Counted from the whole stretch's first letter, positions 51,167 through 63,909 are shown. The stretch is DNA of 63,909 nt, filler included, from Reticulomyxa filosa (GCA_000512085.1; 18 parts of 18 records of this genome joined end to end with filler, not necessarily neighbours in it); one strand, 5' to 3'. Program-made: numbers and translations. The notes: generated from the sequence alone by a model not told the origin.

Positions 51167-52892
51167 GTTGATGATAAAACTGCAAATAATTTGATTGTGC
51201 AAGTGCAATATTTTTATGATCACATTTTGTGCATGCGAGAATGGTTGGAGTCTTTGTATTGCACTTCTAACAAGTTTCGATTTGGCCAACGTAGTTTCAC
51301 AAAATTTGAGATAGAAATAAATGGAGGACAAGTTGCACTTGCTATACGCAAGGATGAAGAAAAGAAAACAAAAGAAGCAAAAAACAATAATTGGTATGAT
51401 TATGATAGCTGTGATGATGACACTACTTTTATTGTTAATATGTATGCATGGGATAACGTACAAGTAGGAGATGAATTTGCGTATATTTGTCAAGAAGGAG
51501 TATCGGCAATGAGTAATGCTACACAATATATTGTGTTGGGTGAATATATTGATTTTACAAATGAAAAAGAATTAAACGACAACAAAGCCAAAAATGGATG
51601 GAACATTATTGATCTCTTGAAGGCCGACGATGAAATTCAACAAAATGAACTTTGTGAAGTATTTTCCAAAAAGTTGTATACTTTGGAAAAAGAAAATAGT
51701 TATTTTATTTTTTTTTTTATATTTAAAAAAAATTTATATATTTATATGTATGTATATAGAAATATGCAAAGGAACAAATAGATTTATTTATTGCAATGTT
51801 AAATAAAGCCCACAAATCGATTTGGGCATTGACAATGACACATTCATTTGATGAACTAACAGTTTTTCCAATACTTCCAAATTTGGTTCATTTAAACATG
51901 CTAGATATCAAAATTAATAATTGTTTCAAGTCCATTAATGTGAAAGGATTAATGCCACAATTGAAAACGCTCCTAGTTAAAGGATTATCAATGGAATCGT
52001 GTATGTATTGTAATTGGAAACAAGTTTTCAAAGAAGCTGAGGAATGCAATTTTAACGATGCAAATGACTCCTTTTCTAATTCTTCATCTTTGACTCAGCA
52101 AAATCAAGACTGTTCCCAAATTAAATTTATTAATCATTTGCTACTCTCTTGCCCAAACTTAGTGGCATTTTATTGTTATTTTGATAAAGCAGATAATTCA
52201 GAGGACATACTTGAAATTCCATCCACTTTGGAGTGGTTAACAGTATGTGGGAAGAATTTCCCTATTCGACTAGATTTGAGTCAATGCAAACGTATTAATG
52301 GATTAAGTTTAAGTTGTTTTTTTTTGTTTTATGTATATATACAAAAAAAAAAAAAAAATTTTATGCTAAAAAAAAAGGCATAGGATCTTCTTTTATCAAA
52401 TGGCCGACGGAAACGATGCTAAAAATTGGTTGGTTGAAGATTAAATGGAGAGAATGCATTCAATATTGGGAAAATTTGCTATCATTACCCATGAAACATT
52501 GCACTGTGCAACTTTGTGCGGTTTTACCAAGCATGACTATGCACGATTTGACATTTAATAACTCAATTTTTCCTATCACTGATCAATCTCTTTTTACTGA
52601 AGAACAAACAATTGCTAAAAAACCAGGAGTAAATTACCGAAATGCTGAAAAATTTTTACAAAAACAGAAGGGCATTGTTTTTGAAAGTGATTCCGAAGAC
52701 GATGACAGCAATAATAGCGATGACAGTAATAATAACGATGACTATGATGTGTCTATTCATAGACCAATGCTTTTTTTTCAAAACATCGTTGAAACTATGG
52801 GAATTGATAATGCCAAAATAGAGGAGTATCAAAGATGGTTTGACATTGACGAAGCTCATTGTATTTTAGAATTTACAAGTGATAGAAGATAA
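51167..52892 (+). CDS. Hypothetical protein with LRR-like segments (3 exons, 5' truncated)
   Basis: Three consecutive ORFs separated by short poly-T/poly-A introns, with LPNLVHLNM, MPQLKTLLV, CPNLVAF, PSTLEWL and LDLSQCKRINGLSL. Confidence 0.55.
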
Positions 52893-55800
52893 ACAAAAAA
52901 ATTACTTGTGACAAATAATTAAAAATATTATTCTTAATGATGAAGAACAAACTTTATCCAACTAATATTGGTAAATCTCATTTCAATCTTTCTGAAAGCT
53001 GGCAGTCTTTAAGTTTTAATTGAATTTGCAAATAATTTGACGTATTTGATCAGTAATGTTTCCTCATCTGATGGTGACACAATTCGATTATAGAAAAAAT
53101 TATGAATAAACTAAAAATGAATTTGTTTGCTTATATTATCAAAGATTAAGAATTAAAATTAAAATTAAAACGTCCAAACCAAGTCATGACGTTGGAACAA
53201 ACTCTTCTATCGATTGGTGAAATTCCGGTAAAAAAATGTTGCTGTGTGACAAAGTTCAACTGAAAATAGGTTATAGTATTGATTGATTTTTCGGAACACT
53301 GCTTGAATTTTTTTGGGGGTAATTAGAGATGATTGAAAAAATTTAATGATTGAATTATTTTGGACAGTAGAAAAATTAATTGCAAACACGTGGTTTAGTT
53401 TTTTAAGAAGAGGAATATATGCGTGCTTAATATATTTTATTTTTTAAATTTTTTGAATTAAAATTACTCAAAGCATTCAATGAACACACAAGTATTATAG
53501 CTAGTACTGATTGTTCAACATTTAATGATGGATTACAAGGAAAAGTTATTCATCATATCAATGGACGAATATGATAGCATACACTGAACGTTGGGAGCAA
53601 AATTTATTTAAAGTTTAAATGTTTTGTTGAAATTTAAAAAAATATTTCATTGCCTCTAAATAGAGATATTAAAAAAAATGAAAGAAAACATATTTTTTGT
53701 GCATGAGCAAAAAAAAACAAAAAAATGTACAATTTATATACTTCATACGTATTCTCTATTTAGGTCATCCAAATTAAAGAAAATTACTTTAAGATCATTC
53801 TTTTCAAAAAGAAGTGAGCTGGTAAATGATTAAAATAAATCAGTGAGAGATCATTTAAGAACATAACATTTTCATTACTGTTTTGCAAATTTGACAAGAT
53901 ACTCTTACAAAAATAAAAAATTGCAGAGAGTGGAACTAAAATTTACTCACACGTGAAAATGTAAGTGTATAATAGGATTTTTTTAATGAGTCTCCATTTC
54001 AAAAAAAAATTTGCTGTTTTATTAAATGAATCAATTAAATTTGCTTATTTTAATGTGGTGATATTTTTATGCATTTACTTTAACAGCAATAAATCCTTAC
54101 TAATTCTTTCTTATTTCAGATTGGAAAAGAAATCTCATGAATATAATCAAAAAAGACGTACTTCATATCATTGTCGATTTTATCATTGCCACAACTCTTT
54201 TTTTTGAAATCATGTTTAAACTTAAAACTTACTATTAAATTATGAATCAGTTGTGTGTTTTTTATAAATATTTACCTTCATCTCTTTTTTAAAGTTTGTT
54301 CAATCATAAAGCGTAAATAAATTTATTATAATAAAGTATTGTTTAAGTGTTTTCTTTTATTGACTAAATACGTTCAATTCAATATGTTAGAAATTTCCAC
54401 CAAGAGGACAAACTCAACAAGTTGATGGCTTGTTCCAATGGGACACTATTTCCGAAACTGACAAGCTAGACAACTGAATAAATTCTTTAGTTATGGATTC
54501 GTGTACTGCAAAGACAGGCCCTTTTCCGGTCTTTGTCAAATCTCTGACTGGCACTTGGGAGACAGTTCCAACCTTTGTCTTTATTTTGATATGGGTATCT
54601 TTGTGCAATCAACACAATAGAGAAGATTTTATATGCTTTGACTAAAATATAACTTTAAAGACAAGTCAATTTAATACTTTGCGGACAAACATTAGTAGAT
54701 CAAGTTCAGCTACTAATTCAAACTTTTCAAATCAGTGTTAATTTCGCCGATGCAAAGACGCTATCTCAAGGGCAACATGTAGATATTTTTATCTCTTCCT
54801 TTATTTTGATCCTGCAAAGCATTCGATATTCTAGACTACATATTTGTTTAATTCGACAATCTTCAGTGTCAACACAACTATTTGAATGACGTCAAGTGCT
54901 AACTACACCAGTTCACAAATATAAATCGTTTACAGTTGAAGAGGTACAGCAATATATCTAAAAATTGGAACTGTTATCAGCAAATAGCATTAACTACTTT
55001 TCCGCGCAGCACTTATTGGAAATCGAGCTATTCCAAGATGAATTATGCACATTATCGCAATGTGCAAAAATCATTTAACTCATTGACGAGCGCCGTTTGT
55101 AAAGAGGCTACTCCTATTGAGTATGAGGAAAAGCTTATTGCGCTAGCAAAGTCTGACTGAAACATGCCAATCATAATTGGATTGTTACTTACATACAAAT
55201 GATATAAAGAAGCAATTGGTAAAATAAAGTTGGAACTGTCACCAAATGAAGCATTGAAATATTCAAGTATGGATTCGCAACAATGCAAATTCACTAAGCA
55301 AGGATTTACTCGATTGACATGAATTGGTTTGCCCAAGTGACAAAGGCAAAATTTTACGACATAATTTAATCGCTAAATCTTATCACTCAAAAAGCGCGCA
55401 TAATTGAGCCACAAGCGGAAAGTTTGTGCAGACGCAAATTCAAATTTCGGGCATGTCATATTGTAATTAGATAGTTCAGGGATGACATTTTTTGACATTG
55501 GAATTACAAATTTACGTGATATAGTACATGCAGATAAATCTTAATTTAGATACAAAATATTAAAATATAAAACATGTGCGAAACAAATAATATCATGTAT
55601 TAATCCTTATCGCATAGACCACAGAACGCTGCAACAGGCTGCTGAAAACATGTTTGACAATATTTCCGAGCTGATTACAGTCAAAAAGAACAAAAAAAAA
55701 GAAAATTAAAAAGTTTACAACGACTTCAAATAAAAGATTTAAATATGGCTGTAAATAAACACAAATCGAAACAACAAATTACAAAAAATAATATTCTATC

Positions 55801-56153
55801 GTTGCATACTTGAAATCTGTTACATTTCGTACGATATTTGTAAATAATATTAAAAATCCAAAACTACAATTAATTGATAAAAGAATAATATCACCGAATC
55901 AAATGAAGCAAAAAAAAAAAAAGGAATAAATATAAATTAAATTTTGAACAAGTAATTGACTAATCTATGATAATTTAATGCTGTCACATTGTTTAAAAAG
56001 CATTAATCAAAATATTAAAAAAATAAAAAAATGCAAAAAAGAATGAAAAAGCGNNNNNNNNNNNNNNNNNNNNNNNNNNNNNNNNNNNNNNNNNNNNTTA
56101 ATTAATTAANNNNNNNNNNNNNNNNNNNNNNNNNNNNNNNNNNNNNNNNNNNN

Positions 56154-58138
56154 CCAAAGGCCTCTCCAATTATCGATTCTACTGCCAATACCAATACCAA
56201 TACCAATACCAATACCCATACCAATGTTAATACTAATAACAATAACAATATCATTGTGAACAACAACAACAATGCTGTTCCTTCAAATGAGCAAGAAAAG
56301 ACGAAGAATGATAATAACAATGATGGCATCAATGCTAATGCAGGTAATAAAAATGAAGCACAAATCGATCCGTCAACGACGACTGCAGTTGCACTGGCAC
56401 TGGAATCGATACCACCAACAACGACAACGACAACAGAAAAGACAGCAAAAGAAGAAATCAAGATACTAGAGGTGAGTGAGCACACTGCAATATCTGTATC
56501 TTCTAAAAGTGTGGAAGAGCAAAGTTCAACAAAGAAAGATGTTTCTCCTTCTTCGCTTGTCAATACTAATGTCAATGTCAATACTGATGTCAATGTTAAT
56601 ACTAATGTCAATGTTAATACTAATGTCAATGTCAATGCTAATGTCAATACCAACAAACCATCTGCACGTTCAAACAAATCGGAGACGCCCAAACCACTTA
56701 TGAAACCGAACTCGTCGGTTTCGACTGTGGACTTTAACAGATTACCACCCATTCCTGGTGTCTTCACATTGAAGAAGAGTATTTGCACCAATCTGCCTAA
56801 AAAATTGATTGGAACCGAGCAGTATTACTTGAGGGTTTACGAAGGGGCCCCCATTACTAGTGAATCTCAAAAAAAGAGTCGCAATCCATCCTCTATGGGC
56901 GACGGCACTATCGACACCCCTCTACGTTTTGCGAAACACGGAGTCACTCCGTCCAGTGTCAGCGCAGTCGTAGACGACAACGCTGGCAGTACTGCAAACG
57001 ATTCATCTACTTCTGCTGCTGTCGGCACTCGTGATCCGATCAATTTGAAACATCTGGCCAATCCTACGAGTCCAAAGAGTCTACGAGGTGGTGGAAAGGG
57101 AATGTCTCAAATCAAACCCAAAGCAATGAATGAAAACATTACTGCACGAGCATTGCCGGCGTTTCCGGTGATTAAATCCTATCCTTTGTTTTGCGAAGAT
57201 GGAGAATCAGTAATTGAATGGGCCGGCTTGCCGAGCAGCAGTTGCAAAGATGTCAAAAAATTGCGATTGGCGATTTATGTTAAGCGCGAGGATGAAATTG
57301 TATTAATTGCTCAATCCAAGTTAATTCATTCGTTAGAAGATATCACACCTGCGCCACGACAAGGCATGAAAACTGTTGTGTTGAAACATTATCCATTTCA
57401 ATGTGAACCTAACTGGTCCGATTGGAATGGTCGTGCCCATGTTCAATGTACATACTCTTTCGTTCCAAAGCAATTCGCAGTGGATCCAATTGTATTATGT
57501 CGTACCAAATCACCTCGATACCCTTGTGAAATTCCTGTCATTGTGCAAATGATCAAGTTGCACATTTTGCAAGATACACAAGAATTGGAGGCAATGATCC
57601 TTTCCAATTCTAAAGAAATGTCGGAGGAAACAAAGAACAAAGTGGAGGAATTGGTGGCAAGTCTAAATAATGGACATTATAAATTTACTGATATTCAAAT
57701 CACCATTGCCTTCTTTGCTTTGTTACGATGGTTTATATCTTTGCCTAAACCTGTTTTGGATTCCACACTTATCAATTGGACTGATTTGGAGTCCTCTGTA
57801 AATCAAGGAGTTAATAATTTTTTTTTAAATAAAAAAAAAAAAGCACTTTTTTTTTATACATGTTACAATAAACACAGGAAGAGCCAATCATTAAAGTACT
57901 ACAAGAAATGGCAGAACCACAAAGATCTTTATTGTTGTGGATTTTAGACTTTTGCATTGAAATGTGTCAATGGTTTCCAAATGACAATGATACAACTTTA
58001 GAACGTATCATTGATGCATTTGAGGACTCATTATTTGGAATTCGCAAAAAAAGTGCAAATTCAAAAAAACCCAAAAATTCACTTTTGTTCTTGACACAAA
58101 TTGCCATTTTACGCAAGGATGAACAGATCAAGTTTTGA
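56154..58138 (+). CDS. Protein with Asn/Thr-rich region, C2-like beta region and C-terminal RhoGAP-like domain (5' truncated, intron ~57810-57878)
   Basis: EIPVIVQMIK..., ALLRWFISLPKPVL (cf. LK.WFRELPEPL) and LQEMAEPQRSLLLWILDF (cf. LP.P..SLL.WL.DL). Confidence 0.65.
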
Positions 58139-59036
58139 AAAATGTAAAATCTCTCTTGTACACCTATTTTATAATAATAATAATAATAATAAAAAAACAA
58201 CATTAGCTCTTCGTTTGATCATCCATTGTCTTTCTCTTTTTTTTTTTTTTGTTCATTTCTCAGTGGTGTATTGGTTTTGTAAAAATTCCATATGTTTGAA
58301 TATCAACTGATACCCTTTTTCTTTTTTTTTTTTAAAATGATCTAAGGATTTTTTTGTTTATTAAGAGGGCATGGACAAAAAGAAAAAAAAATCACTGTGA
58401 ATTGTTCAAAAAGTTGTATGCTTTTTACCAAATATTGGAAATATTTCGTAAAACCATGCGGAAGCGCAAATCCGGTGATGCTATCTATATCTTCCTTTGT
58501 AAATTTTAAAGTGGTGACAAGTTACATAAAATTCGAGCATCACTGTAATCCATAAGGTACCCTAAAGTAATTACGCTCACATGGACTGAAACACATGTTT
58601 CATCCACTTGATCAGGTTTTTTGAAATTAAAACAAATGGTTATATATTTAATCGTGCCAATGTTGCAAAAATCCATTTCGTAATGGTACTTACAAATTGT
58701 CGCATCCCAAGAGCATGTTATCATCTAAAAAAAACATCAACCACGCTTTGTACATCAAATGTCGTTTACGATAAAGTAACTTGAAAAGGAATTATACAAA
58801 CTTATTCAACTATTTCAAGTGAATTCATGAAAACATATCATTTATATAATTTATGAAATGTGAGTACTATTTTCAAAGTTTATCTTTACTGAAAAAAAAT
58901 TACATGAATTGTTAAAATCCATTTTTCATGTTCCCAAAAATATTTTTGAAAACTCCTTTTCGTTATCATTGAGAGAAAAAAAAGCTCAATCTCTTCCATT
59001 TTACGTCATCAAAAACGATCTTAAACAAAAAATAAA

Positions 59037-59822
59037 ATGACAGCTCTTAGCAATGAGAAGCGAACTTCAACACAACTGGCGTTGGTAAGCCTTATTACAA
59101 GCTTTTAGAAAGTTTGTTGCCTTTTTAATTGTTTTATTTATCGTTTGTAATTGTGATTCAAACAGTCTGAAGAAGAAAAGATTCAAGTAGTCCTACAACA
59201 TTGGGTTCGAATGTTGCAAATCAAATTTGGATGGATTGATGAGTTTGACAAAATTGTTGTCAATTACGTTAGTTCATTTACTTTTCCTTTTTTTAAAAAT
59301 ATCAATCAAAATATTCAAGTGTTTATTTAACATAGGTATCTACTGTCTTCATATTTGACATATTTCGTTCATCATCCAAATTAACCAATACATTCACTGG
59401 ACATACAGAAACTGTTTGTAGTATTGATTATTCAACATTTGGTTATTGTCAATTCATTTGTTCTGGATCACAAGATAAAACAGTTCGTGTATTGGATGTT
59501 GGTAATAACAAACAAATTCAATCATTCAATGGACATTCAAGTTATGTGAACTGTGTGAAATTTTCATCATATCATTATTATAATCATCGTCAAAATGTCA
59601 TTTGTTCTTAATCATATGACAATACCATTCGTTTTTGGGATTTCAAACATAATCAACAATTACAAATATTCAATGAACACACATGGGGTGTTAATGGAAT
59701 TGAATTTTCACCATTTAATGGTGGTAGATATTTATGCTCTGGATCATTTGACAAAAAAAATTCGATTATGGGATGTTGAACATCAAAATCATTACATGTT
59801 TCAAAGGGTCATGAAATAGGTG
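59037..59822 (+). pseudogene. WD40-repeat family gene copy with two introns, a nonsense codon and a frameshift
   Basis: TFTGHTETVCSIDYS, ICSGSQDKTVR, SFNGHSSYVNCVKFS and DNTIRFWD. TAA at 59609-59611 and a frameshift in the A-run near 59755. Confidence 0.8.
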
Positions 59823-59979
59823 NNNNNNNNNNNNNNNNNNNNNNNNNNNNNNNNNNNNNNNNNNNNTTAATTAATTAANNNNNNNNNNNNNNNNNNNNNN
59901 NNNNNNNNNNNNNNNNNNNNNNAAAACTTGTAAAAATCTTGGAATATATAATGAACGAAAATAAGAAGTTTCATCACAC

Positions 59980-60927
59980 TTAAGAACTTTCATGCACCGT
60001 AAGCTTCTTGCTCAACTCTATCAGCCTTTTTTTTGGCATTAATGTTGATTCATGCCACTCTCCCTGTATCTTACTAAAAACATTCCAAGCATCTTCATAG
60101 CATTTCCACGCTGCTTCCAGTTCTCCTTTGGTTTCATGTATATGTCCCACCAGCTGATGCAAAGCGCCAGAGGTAATGTCCCTCTCTGTAATTTCTTTTT
60201 TATTTCTAAGGCATTTTGCTGATATGTAATAGCTAGGTCATACTGTCCTTTATATATGCATATAAGTCCTAAACGTGTGTATGATTCTGAAACATCATCA
60301 TGACAGGCTCCAAAGATGTCCAGTCTTATTTTCAATGCCTTGTCATAGAATTCAACAGCTTTGTCAAGTTTACCTGCTTTCTCATTGCAAAGTCCCAAAC
60401 TGTGATAAGACCGGGCAACATCAGCGTGATTATTTCCAAAGAGATCCAATCTGATTTTTAGTGCTTTTTCAAAATATTCAAGTGCTTTGTTATGGTCACC
60501 TTTATCTTCATAATTGCTACCTAGATTTGCATATGATCTCGCAATGTCCTCGTGATTATCCCCAAAAATCTTTAATCTTATTTTTAACCCCTTTTGTATA
60601 GTAGCTGATAGCTTTATAATATTCCTTTTTACTTTGATAAGCGCTCCCTAAATTATTATACGATCTAACAATATCGACGTGATTGCTTCCGAAAATCTCT
60701 AATCGAATTTTTAATGAGTCGAGTGCTTCATCATATTGCTTTTTTTTTTTTTTTTCATAGGTGTATCCTAAGTTGTCGTATAAATATGTGACAAAGCTAT
60801 AATTGGCTCCAAAAAATATCCAATACAATTGTTAATGATTTTTCAAAGAATGTAATTGCCTTTTCTGGCCATCCTTTGCTGTCATAGGTAAGGTAATTCC
60901 AAGCGAGTTGTACACAATTGCGATATA

Positions 60928-60961
<34 letters not shown>

Positions 60962-61376
60962 CCAAAAGTATCAATTGCAATTTGCAAGTACTTTTGCAAA
61001 TGCGCAATAGATTCATCAAATTTTTTTTTTTTTTTTTGGTGCATTCTTCTTCGTTGTATTCAAGTTCTTGAAGTTGTACTGGAATGTCATGATGTATTTT
61101 TTGTATTCCACGGAATTGAAGAAATGATTTTTTTTAATTGCATATCAACCAGAGCATCTTTTGTCACAAACATCTGTGTTGTAATATTTACGCTCCCTTC
61201 ACATTGGAGCTTGCAGTCAACAGCATATACACTTCCATCAATGCTTACTTCTTTCAATACAATCAAGTTTCTTTTTTATTATATATACACGATATTCCCC
61301 AAACTCTTTTATATCTTCCTTATCGTTGATTATCAAAGAAATAATCGAGGAGAGATTATCATTTCTATTTTTCCAT
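59980..61376 (-). pseudogene. TPR-repeat protein (42-aa TPR_12-like repeats) broken by frameshifts
   Basis: Repeats of the type ALKIRLDIFGxxHxDVAxSYxxLG spread over several frames. Poly-A slips and a (CAT)10 poly-His expansion at 60928-60957. Confidence 0.8.
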
Positions 61377-61477
61377 TNNNNNNNNNNNNNNNNNNNNNNN
61401 NNNNNNNNNNNNNNNNNNNNNTTAATTAATTAANNNNNNNNNNNNNNNNNNNNNNNNNNNNNNNNNNNNNNNNNNNN

Positions 61478-62560
61478 ATTAATCTCCTTGTGATGATTCT
61501 TTCCATCAATTTACCAACGCTCGGTCGATGATTCTTGCACTGACTATGATCTCTGTCAGAATAAATTTCTGGTGTTCCCTTCATGCAGTGAATCAATACT
61601 TTTTACCATGTATTGATGCTTTTCTAATAACAATTTCCTTCGTAATTGTTTCGAAACTCTTTTATACAGCATCAAATTCCTTGATGTCCTTTGTTTACGA
61701 AATCTGTTCTTTGATTTCTGAACTCTCTTTCGTAATCGACATAAACTGTCACTCCACCAAGGTATTTACTTTCCAAATGATTCGAATGTCAATGGTTGTC
61801 TCTCCAGCATCAACAACGCATTTGGCCCAAGATTCAACTGCTTTGTCCAATGTCTCCGTGTTATCTAATGCAATAGGATCAATAGATTGCATTCAATTTT
61901 CAATATTATTTTTTAATCTCAATCTAAATTGTTCAGATTCCATGTCTCAATCTTTTGTCGTTCAATTCGTGGTGATGACCACGTGGTTTTGATATTGAAC
62001 GTAATTAGAAGATGGTCTGAGTGCACATCCAAATCGACATCATTCGTTCTCCAATTGCTGACAAATGGAAGAATAGATGATCTTCGTTATTCTGGAATAT
62101 TAATAAACTACTGGTCATAGATTAGATACCATGTCAGTCGATTTCATTTCTGCCAGTTTTCTTTTCAGAGACTTAATTTCATCCTCCTCTGATTTATTGT
62201 TGTTCTTTTTGTTCTTTTTCTTATGTCTTGAGGTCCGTTTTTATTGTCTTTAGGATTTGCTTCTTTCGCATTTTCTTGACCATTGTTGATGACATCCGTA
62301 TATGAATACTCCTTTGATTGATGTTACACTTTAGGTTAATTGAAATACTTTGCACAGCATCTTTTTTTTTCAATAATACAGTTTCTTTCCTGGTCAATTT
62401 AATCCCAAGTTTTTTTCTTGCATTGCGAATAACTTCACATTGCACTTGGATGATTCTTCTTGCAAAGTACACATCGATGTCTACTTGGTTCATTCTTGTG
62501 TCGACATTTCGATGCTTCGTGGTTCTTCAATCCACAATACTTGCATGTCTTTCTCTTCTG
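61478..62560 (-). mobile_element. Degenerate, internally deleted non-LTR retrotransposon (LINE): ORF1 zinc knuckles plus ORF2 APE-endonuclease and RT remnants
   Basis: ORF1 has CKYCGLKNHEASKC (CX2CX4HX4C) and CVLCKKNHPS..C. ORF2 starts MTSSLLIFQNN, then shows DVHSDHLLITF (APE SDH motif), a PWWSD linker motif and NHRP...SVGKLMERIITRRL (start of RT). Multiple stops and deletions. Confidence 0.88.
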
Positions 62561-62661
62561 NNNNNNNNNNNNNNNNNNNNNNNNNNNNNNNNNNNNNNNN
62601 NNNNTTAATTAATTAANNNNNNNNNNNNNNNNNNNNNNNNNNNNNNNNNNNNNNNNNNNNA

Positions 62662-63909
62662 GAAATGGGAATTATTCAATTTATTGCAGATAGAATTTAT
62701 GATATTAATCCAATATTTCTAAATTTAAAATCAAGATTATTTCGATTAATTGAATCCTCGAAAAATAATTCAAACATATCTATTGCAGCAGCAAATGCAA
62801 TAACAATACTCAATATAGCAAGAGTTAGTTTGAGTCATCAAAATTGGGATAACATAAATATATCACATGCAATTCTAGATTATGCTTTTCTTGAAGGAAC
62901 AACTTTTAAACAAGCCATTTTAGATAGCGTGAGCTTTTATAAAGCTTGTCTCAGAAATACCAATTTCACAAAAGCATCAGTGAATCAAGTTAACTTCGGT
63001 GAATATGGGTATCTCAAAAGTGGTTCAGTTATGGTTTTCTCTGTCCAGTTTTCACCTGATGGAAACAGAATTGCATCTGGTTTGTTCGATAACACCATTA
63101 AATTATGGGATGCGTCATCAGGAAAATTGATTCAATCTTTAGAAGGCCATTCAAATTATGTTTACTCTGTTCACTTTTCACCTGATGGAAACAGGATTGT
63201 ATCTGGTTCAAATGATAAAACCATTCGATTATGGGACGCATCATCAGGAAAATTAATTCAATCTTTGGAAGGTCATTCAGACATTGTTTGGTCTGTTCAA
63301 TTTTCACCTGATGGAAACAGAATTGTATCTGGCTCAGATGATAAAACCATTCGATTATGGAATGCATCATCAGGAAAATTAATTCAATCTTTGGAAGGTC
63401 ATTCAGGTGCTGTTAAATCTGTTCAATTTTCACCCGATGGAAACAGAATTGTATCTGGTTCATATGATAACACCATTAAATTGTGGGATGCATCATCAGG
63501 AAAACTGATCCAATCTTTGGAAGGTCATTCAGATACTGTTTGGTCTGTTCAATTTTCACCTGATGGAAACAGAATTGTATCTGGTTCAAATGATAATATC
63601 ATTCGATTATGGGATGTATTATCAGGAAAACTGATCCAATCTTTGAAAGGCCATTCAAATCGCATTACTTCTGTTCAATTTTCACCTGATGGAAACAAAA
63701 TTGTATCTGGTTCGTTCGATAACACCATTAAACTGTGGGATGCATCATCAGGAAAACTGATTCAATCTTTGGAAGGTCATTCAGATTATGTTCTTTCTGT
63801 TCAATTTTCACCTGACGGAAGCAGAATTGTATCTGGTTCACAGGATAGCACCATTCGATTATGGGATGCATCGCCAAGAAAACTAATTCAATCCTTAGAA
63901 GGTCATTCA
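62662..63909 (+). CDS. Pentapeptide-repeat + WD40 protein, C-terminal part of a probable NACHT-WD40 (NLR-like) protein; open at both ends and absent from the ORF track
   Basis: Uninterrupted frame EMGIIQFIADR...IAAANAITILN...ISHAILDYAFLEGTTFKQAILDSVSFYKACLRNTNFTKASVNQVNFGE, followed by WD40 repeats LEGHSxxVxSVQFSPDGNRIVSGSxDxTIRLWDASSGKLIQS. Confidence 0.88.
63019..63909 (+). repeat. At least 7 tandem 126-bp WD40-coding repeats of high nucleotide identity
   Basis: Unit starts at 63019, 63145, 63271, 63397, 63523, 63649, 63775 and 63901, an exact 126-nt period. Confidence 0.95.

Noticed and set aside
54400-55710. Possible decayed gene, including a VWA-like HVIL*LDSSG string
   Set aside because: Too many stops and too little similarity to assign a family.
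63019-63909. 126-bp array as CRISPR or a DGR template/variable repeat pair
   Set aside because: There are no unique spacers, the units are in-frame WD40 repeats, differences are not adenine-specific, and no linked RT is present.
1-63909. tRNA, rRNA or telomeric repeats
   Set aside because: None recognised by eye. tRNAscan-SE and Infernal would be needed to exclude small RNAs.

Overview
The window is not one continuous locus. It is 18 short contigs joined by 17 artificial 100-nt spacers (44 N + TTAATTAATTAA + 44 N), so nothing can be inferred from adjacency across a spacer. Seventeen contigs are AT-rich eukaryotic DNA with short GT-AG introns, homopolymer tracts and many decayed gene copies. 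The Kelch, WD40 and TPR family styles suggest a rhizarian protist, probably the foraminiferan Reticulomyxa filosa (inference). One contig (18237-19385) is a GC-rich betaproteobacterial glyA fragment with a MetR-like operator, most likely a contaminant or associated bacterium. Well-supported genes: mevalonate kinase, NADPH-cytochrome P450 reductase, a CaMK-type kinase, a cytochrome P450, valyl-tRNA synthetase and an intron-containing ThpR-like 2H phosphodiesterase. Less certain calls: a UBR-type E3 ligase fragment, a Popeye-domain fragment, a RhoGAP-like protein without the arginine finger, and FAM21-like, claudin-like and 7TM proteins. Decayed or repetitive elements include a SecA-like helicase-VWA pseudogene, Kelch/WD40/TPR family copies and an internally deleted LINE. 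Two 454 paired-end hairpin adaptor remnants and several single-base homopolymer deletions point to a pyrosequencing assembly. The best candidate for an under-described system is the last contig, a pentapeptide + WD40 gene whose near-identical 126-bp repeats vary mainly at the positions that are hypervariable in fungal HET-E-type NLR-like receptors. All family calls come from motif recognition by eye; no searches were run.
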